Part shown: one piece after another, positions 57,931-64,000 of the stretch
How the letters are laid out: the number at the start of each line of letters is the position of its first letter
Numbering within the stretch: position 1 is the stretch's first letter
Notes under the pieces: model-generated
What the model was told of the DNA's origin: nothing
The model's input: the letters and a program-made list of their open reading frames with translations, nothing else
Databases searched by the model: none
NCBI GenBank assembly: GCA_010093995.1
Contig: ML992502.1
Span: 1,233,001-1,297,000, forward strand
Direction of reading: 5' to 3'
Source: Elsinoe ampelina
Lineage: Eukaryota
DNA: 64,000 nucleotides
Made by a program: the position numbers and the translations under genes

Positions 57931-60573
57931 CTACTTCCCCGTCCCCTCCATCTCCAACATCTCCCTCACCCTCCCCATATACCCACCGGCCAGCGCCCGG
58001 ATCTCCTCCTCCCCCACCTTTTCTCCCCGCTTACACCTCTCCACCACTTTGCCGATGATCACACCCAAGAGCTCCTCGCCAATCGGCACCCTCCCTTCGG
58101 CTTCGGGGTAGATCCACTGATCGCCTTCACCCAGCAGTTGCGCGACGGTGGGTCGAGCCGAGGGGTCACGCTGGAGACACCTGCGCAACGTGCCGCGGAG
58201 ACTGGCAGGGACCACGACCCCACCGAGACCTTTCTCCGGGTAGGCAATGTCCTCTTTCGGATTCGTAATGGCAAACACCTTTGTCATCTGGTTCGTAATG
58301 TGCGCGAAGGGCGGGCGACCATAGACCATTTGGTACAAAATACAGCCTAGACTCCACACGTCGCTTGGCTTGCCGAGACGCATGAGACGGCCCTCGCCCG
58401 TGCGGCTGCCGTTGCGGGACCCGGCGTTGGAGTCGATGATGCTTTCCGGGGACATGTAATTGGGCGTGCCAACGTGTTGTTCGCGGTGGACGTTGACGGT
58501 ATGGTCGGTTTCGATGGCGTTGGCGATGCCAAAGTCGATGAGCTTGAGGCCGCCTTGCACGATGACGAAGTTGGCGGGTTTGAGGTCCGAGTGAACGATG
58601 TCTCGCTCGTGTACGGATTGAACGCATTCGAGCATTTCTTTCCACCACCATCGGACGAAGCATGTGTCTAGCTTGGGTTCGGTGACGGACATGGCGGTGC
58701 TGAGGATGCGGTTGAGGTCGCCTTCGCCGCGCTCCATGAGGACCGAGAGGATGCCGCGGGTGTCGTCGACTTCGTAGTCGTAGAGGCGGATGACGCGGTC
58801 GATGTCGCTGAGCTTCTGGAGGAGATCAATCTCGCCTTTGTAGCCATTGACGGTGTTCTCGTCGCAGTCGGCGAGCTTGACACGCTTGAGAGCGAAAAGT
58901 TTGTGGTTCTCGGCCATGACACAGTAGACATCGGAACTGCCACCTCTGCCGAGACGACCAAGTTGAGTGAAGAGCTTGCCATTGAGCACAATGTGAGCTC
59001 TGCGCTTCTTTGACTTGCTGGCTGAGGCGCCCGCGGTCTTTGTGGCTGTGTCGAGAACTGTCATCTTGGGTGGTGGTGGGGGTGCTGGACGCTGTGGTGT
59101 ATTGGCACTGAGGGCGCCCAGTGCGCGGCGAGGAGAATTCTTTGGGGCTGGCACAGGTGTTTCGGCCACCATGACCTTTGCAGAGAGGATGTTCGCTTTT
59201 GGTTGACCAAGGATCTTGAATTCGGAGTCTTTGTTGCGTTTGAAGGTTGGAGGAGGCATGTTTTCTTGGTCTGAGAATGCTTCGTGCGGTCTCGGCGGTG
59301 GTGCCTTGTACGGCTGACTGACAGAAGGACGACGGACAGGTTGATTGACAGCGGAAGCAGTATTGGCTCGAAGGTTTTCGATGCTAGCTTTCTGAGTGAT
59401 GCGACAAGCCGCTGGATTGGTTGACTGGGCGGAGTCAACACGTCGGGATAATGCTTCGGTACTTGGCCTCTTCGAGAGACTCTCGCTGCTGGTCTTGCGT
59501 GATGGCGGCTTGGCAATATATCGCGATTGAGCGGGCTCTCGATCCACACTAGCTCTGCTTGACGCACGAGAACGCGGTCGCTGAGCTGGTTGCTCGCCAG
59601 AACTTGCCATCTTGTTGCTCGACAGGAGATCTGCTTTGGGATCATCCTTGGCACTCTCGTTGGCGCCGACTTGTGCAAGACTCTCAAACTCCTCGTTGGG
59701 ACTTGGATGATCATCGCTGTCCCGTCTGCGGAAGCCACGACGGACAGGCGCACCTCGGAGGAAAGAGCCTGTTCCAACTGGCGCTCGCTTCACGCGCATA
59801 GATCCTGGCGGATGCGTCGTATCTCCAGATGCACCTCTTGATCGAGCGAGCACAGCCTGGGTATGACGAGTGGCAGCATCGGAACCAGAGGCTGCGGAAC
59901 CGCTGCGATTGAACGTGTGTCGGACGTCAACGTCTTCATCCTCGGGTTCAGTGCTTTGCGCTCCGGCCCTGGCAGGTCTGCTGCGCGATCTGCTACCCTG
60001 ATCTACTGAAGAATTGCTTCCAGCACGTGCACGACCGATCCTGACTGACCTAGAAGCAGGACCTGGAGTAACGTACTGAGATGCCGGTGTCTGCTCCCTG
60101 CTGGATGTTCGTACTGGAAACGATGTTGCCGATCCAACAGAGCGTTTAGCCGAATCCGGTCCTCTGCTGACATGTAGTATTCTGGGTGAGATGTTCCTGG
60201 TTTCACTTCCCACGGCCGTACTCCTAGTCAGGTGAGGCGAAGGTTTACGGACAAGTTTGAGATTCGAAGGTCGTACAGGTGTGTCCAGACCTGCCTGACC
60301 AGTATGACCACCTCTTGAACCACCTCTATCAATACCGTTATACCCAGATTCCTGTTTTGGCGATGAAAGTTGTCCTGGCGCATCCGATTCGAGCAATGCT
60401 TTTGTCAGAGCGCTGAATTTCATCGGTTGCGGGAGATCATCGTCGGAAGAGTCGCCCACATCAATGCGCTGGATCATTGGCGCATCCGCAGCAAAGCCAT
60501 TGTCCTGGGCAAAGACGGAAAGTGGTGAATTCCTCCTTAGAGGTGGCCGATGCGAGTAGTATGCGGTGGTCAT
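57931..60573 (-). CDS. MPS1: Spindle checkpoint kinase Mps1/TTK
   Basis: LGRGGSSDVY, FALKRV, GYKGEIDLL, IVHSDLKPANF, LKLIDFGIANAI, GTPNYMSPE, SDVWSLGCILYQMVYGRPPF. Confidence 0.93.
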   Translation of the reverse strand: MTTAYYSHRPPLRRNSPLSVFAQDNGFAADAPMIQRIDVGDSSDDDLPQPMKFSALTKALLESDAPGQLSSPKQESGYNGIDRGGSRGGHTGQAGLDTPVRPSNLKLVRKPSPHLTRSTAVGSETRNISPRILHVSRGPDSAKRSVGSATSFPVRTSSREQTPASQYVTPGPASRSVRIGRARAGSNSSVDQGSRSRSRPARAGAQSTEPEDEDVDVRHTFNRSGSAASGSDAATRHTQAVLARSRGASGDTTHPPGSMRVKRAPVGTGSFLRGAPVRRGFRRRDSDDHPSPNEEFESLAQVGANESAKDDPKADLLSSNKMASSGEQPAQRPRSRASSRASVDREPAQSRYIAKPPSRKTSSESLSKRPSTEALSRRVDSAQSTNPAACRITQKASIENLRANTASAVNQPVRRPSVSQPYKAPPPRPHEAFSDQENMPPPTFKRNKDSEFKILGQPKANILSAKVMVAETPVPAPKNSPRRALGALSANTPQRPAPPPPPKMTVLDTATKTAGASASKSKKRRAHIVLNGKLFTQLGRLGRGGSSDVYCVMAENHKLFALKRVKLADCDENTVNGYKGEIDLLQKLSDIDRVIRLYDYEVDDTRGILSVLMERGEGDLNRILSTAMSVTEPKLDTCFVRWWWKEMLECVQSVHERDIVHSDLKPANFVIVQGGLKLIDFGIANAIETDHTVNVHREQHVGTPNYMSPESIIDSNAGSRNGSRTGEGRLMRLGKPSDVWSLGCILYQMVYGRPPFAHITNQMTKVFAITNPKEDIAYPEKGLGGVVVPASLRGTLRRCLQRDPSARPTVAQLLGEGDQWIYPEAEGRVPIGEELLGVIIGKVVERCKRGEKVGEEEIRALAGGYMGRVREMLEMEGTGK

Positions 60574-61127
60574 CTCATCCAATAGCTAGTCTTCTGAGCC
60601 GTAATCGTATGGGACGCTGCTCGTGCGTCTGTCGTATGTCGATATGGTCTTGTGTTTCCTGCTACCTAGTCTAAAGAAGGTCGTGTACATGGACTAGCCG
60701 GGCCGCGCGAGTGTCTGCCTCCATGAAGGTTATTCTATGTCGTAAGTATGTCGAATAGTTGCTGAAGTTCAATCCGATGCAGGCTGGTAGTTGCTACACT
60801 CCTAAGGCATACCGGTGTACCAAAATTTCGTCGTGGTAGGGAGATGTGAGGTTGGTTGTGGAGAAGTCGATCGGGACCGCGAAATAGGCCAAACGCGCTA
60901 GCGTTGCTTTGGCAACAACAAGAAATTTCTTGGCATGCATGACCCTGACTCGACATTGCTCGACCTTTTTTGCTCACACTTGTCACACGCATATTCTGGT
61001 TGTTATAACGCCAGGAGTCCTGTCAGAGTCACCTTGTGGAACCTTTCCCGAGGATTTGCGGCTGTAGTAATTCGAACTTCGATGAAATCGTTCATTTCCG
61101 ATGGATCTTGATCCCACCAGACACCGC

Positions 61128-62769
61128 TTACACCACTGTCTTACTATCTTCCTGACCAACATATGGCGGATCCTCCTTGTACACGTCGTACTTGTACCGG
61201 CTCCCTGTATGATCATCTCGCAGTCCAGCTTGACCCTTCCCGTATATCTTCTCTCGAGCGGTCAGTCCGTCCTCCTGCTTCAATGGATATAGACCTCTCC
61301 TCTGCAATTCTGGGATCAGTCGATCCACGACGTCCTCAAATGTGCCAGGAGTATCCACATGACCAATATTGAAGCCATCGAGATCTCCGACTTCAATCCA
61401 TCGCTCCAGCTCATCTGCTACCTTTGCTGGACTGCCAACACCCAATGGACCAAGTCCTCCGAAAGCGGCCTTTTCAGCAACCACCCTCGGCGTCCATTCC
61501 GGTACTTCTTCGCTTGTGGTGGTAAAGCCATCCAAGATGCTCGTCACTTTGTGAGCTTCGGTGGAATCGTCAGCCGTTATCTTCTTGTCGAGGGGGATCT
61601 TGGAAATATCGATCCCTGTCCAGCCAGAGAAGAGTACCAGCCCACCCTCGACAGAGGCATACTTTTTGAGCTCCTCGAATTTGGCTTTTGCTTCTTCGTC
61701 TGTGCGACCAATGATGGGAGTGAAGGTGGCAAAGAACTTGATTGATCGTGGATCGCGACCCTGCTCAGCAGCAAGTTTGCGAATGTTGTCGACCTTCGGT
61801 CGAAGCACACTCGGGGAATGTGAAGAGACAAAAATGGCTTCCGCATGAGTTGCTGCGAATGCTGAGCCTGCAGCTGATGTCCCGGCTTGGAAAAGAAAAG
61901 GAGTTCGTTGAGGTGAGGGATCCACGATGTGACGTGTCGACAGGTTGAAGTACTTGCCATGGTGGTTGATCGTACGAATCTTGTCTGGGTCGGCATATGA
62001 ATCATTCGTTGGATCTGGATTGATCGCATCTGGTGCCCATGACCCTTCCCACAGCCTGATCAACAAGTTAGTCATTCATCTCATGTTCGGTAAGTGGTAG
62101 GTCTTACTTGTACAACACACGCAGATACTCATCTGCCTGGCGGTACCGCTCATCATGCTCAATAGGATTATCAAGACCGATAGCTTTGAATGCGGCCTTC
62201 TTCCAGGATGTCACGATGTTCCAGCCTATACGGCCCTGTGCGAAATGGTCGAGGGTCGAGAATCGCTTTGCGAGCAAGAAGGGCGGCTCGAAGCTGGTGG
62301 ACGAGGTGATACCGAAAGCAAGATTCTTCGTCACCGCGGCCATTGCTGAGATGGGCTGTATACAATATCAGTATTGCTATACAACAGACCTTCGACGTCC
62401 ACTGCTCACAATGGTCGGATCCGTCACGGGCCACTGAGCTGCTCTTCGGATGCACTCGTCAAGACTTCCCTGGTAGGTATCGTAGCCTCCATACGTGTCT
62501 GCCAGGAACAAGGCATTTATGCCTCCTCGTTCCAAGAGCTTCGCAAGATCGATCCAATACTCGAGTCGACGCTTGGTGGCGGATTTGTCCTTGGGGTTCT
62601 ACAATGGTCAGCACATCGAGAAAGGGTGTATCGAGGGGCAATATACCTTCCACTGGCCGGGTGATAGGTGCCCGACGGTGGACATATCAAAGGCATTCAA
62701 CAAGATCTGTTTCTTCTCAAGAACTCCATTCATTGAAGCTGCGCTGTTACGGTGACCATTGTCTGCCAT
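61128..62769 (-). CDS. Luciferase-like FMNH2-dependent monooxygenase, NtaA/DszA/SnaA family; three introns (first 62599-62646)
   Basis: LNAFDMSTVGHLSPGQWK, FLADTYG, AAVTKNLAFGIT, FSTLDH..GRIGWNIVTS, HDERY, PSPQRTPFLFQAGTS, LIPELQRRG. Confidence 0.9.
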
Positions 62770-63068
62770 GGCTTTAGCTTGAAGTACTCTGCGTAAATAG
62801 TCGACAACGGTATGGTCAATTCGAAATAATAGCTTGCAAAATCATACGCAGAAAGTGGCATTTAAGCTATACGGCTACTTTGCAGCATATCATGAGGACA
62901 TACTCCTGGCGGATATAACCCACGGGCAAGCCATAAGTAGTCCATCGTATCAATACCAGACAACCAATCAGTGTGCAATGTTACTTGGGCAGTATCGGAG
63001 AACTCCTCTTCATGACCCCTCTCCGATGCTCGGATTGACATAGCTCACACAGTGATGTGGATGTAGGT

Positions 63069-63078
63069 ATGGCGCAAT
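63069..63078. promoter_or_regulatory. Candidate CYS-3/MetR bZIP site (ATGGCGCAAT) in the divergent monooxygenase/MFS promoter
   Basis: One mismatch to the palindromic ATGGCGCCAT / ATGRYRYCAT consensus; flanked by genes typical of sulfur-starvation responses. Confidence 0.45.
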
Positions 63079-63460
63079 CCCAGCACAAAAGCATGAAATC
63101 CGCACCATGCTCCTCCCGCACTCACCACCTCACTTCCATTCACGCAAAACCCACCGCAGTCACGCCGGCAGCGGGGATCAAGTATCAGAAAGTATGAATG
63201 GTTCACTATCGAACTTACGTGGCCACCTACGAAACATCTCGCGACTCAATCCGTTCTCGCTGCTCGATGCTCATGAGTGAACGTGCATGCCTTGCGTGAT
63301 CCTCACCACATCTGATGCCCAAGCTAGCTCGGGAATAAGTCCGAAAGCTCTTCATGATACTACACTGCTCAAAAGGCACTCAAGTGCTGGGCCTTCATCC
63401 CATGCCCTACACACATCCATCTCCTATCACTACACATCAACCTACCAAACCTGAACCACC

Positions 63461-64000
63461 ATGGCCACCGTCCGCCAGCGTAAACACTGGTGGAAGATCC
63501 AATGGTTCGCCGACCGAGACACCCCTGAAGAGCGCAAGTTGATCCTCAAGCTGGACCTCCTGATCGTTCCCTATGCCTTCCTAGCGTACTGGATCAAGTA
63601 CATCGACCAAGCGAACATTAGTCAGTCTCCCATTTCCCCACAAGCCCTTCTCACCAATCCCACTGCAGTCTACCAGCTCCTTCGTCACCATACTCCTAGT
63701 AATTCCAGCCTAACATCTCGGTAGACAACGCCTACGTCTCCGGCCTCAAAGAAGACCTCAACTTCCAGGGCAACGAACTCGTCCGTCTCCAAACCATGTA
63801 CACCCTCGGCGCCGTCCTCGGCCAGATCCCGTGCCTGTTCCTCTTCACCCGCCTGCCCATGCACTGGACCATCCCCCTCATGGACGTGTTCTGGGGCGTT
63901 TTCACCCTGCTGCAGTTCAGGGTGCATTCGTTCGCTGAGCTAGCGGCATATAGGTTCCTGGTGGGGTGGTTCGAGGCGGGGTTTTTCCCGGCCGTGCATT
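63461..64000 (+). CDS. MFS transporter, allantoate/pantothenate (Dal5/Fen2/Seo1-like) family, 3' end outside window; intron ~63620-63724
   Basis: ERKLILKLDLLIVPY..YWIKYIDQANI|NNAYVSGLKEDL..GNEL; RFLVGWFEAGFFPAVH. Confidence 0.88.

Noticed and set aside
1..64000. Transposons, RIP-type AT-rich blocks, tRNA/rRNA genes, CRISPR arrays
   Set aside because: No transposase, RT or integrase motifs, terminal repeats, AT-rich tracts, cloverleafs or spaced repeats were seen by eye; a small RNA gene could have been missed.

Overview
Gene-dense window from a filamentous ascomycete (Pezizomycotina; short ~50-nt GT-AG introns with CTRAC/CTAAC branch sites; Eurotiomycete/black-yeast affinity is a guess only). 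About 25 genes are supported: CLA4, ERG26, SLA1, a 7-exon cytochrome P450, TAF1, a conserved hypothetical protein, TAF7, TAF3, cystathionine gamma-lyase, SPT2, RPP2, RPS15, NPP1, RAD17, mitochondrial uL5, a C19 deubiquitinase, F-box-like proteins, MPS1, a DszA/NtaA-type flavin monooxygenase and an MFS transporter. No tRNA, rRNA, CRISPR or recognisable transposon was seen. Most notable: (1) an accessory island at 37-41.4 kb in which an intronless ORF resembling DUF3990/ADP-ribosyltransferase folds lies inside a decayed tandem duplicate of an F-box-like gene, next to two related orphan genes; (2) recurrent C-rich to G-rich strand-skew switches about every 2-16 kb, all with the same polarity; (3) three TFIID subunit genes within 12 kb; (4) a long hairpin in an RPS15 intron; (5) a long TAF1 intron that splits the zinc knuckle and reads through into an alternative Cys-containing tail; (6) a P450 lacking the I-helix acid-alcohol pair; (7) a decayed PAN-domain copper radical oxidase. 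All family calls are by-eye motif recognition; no searches were run.
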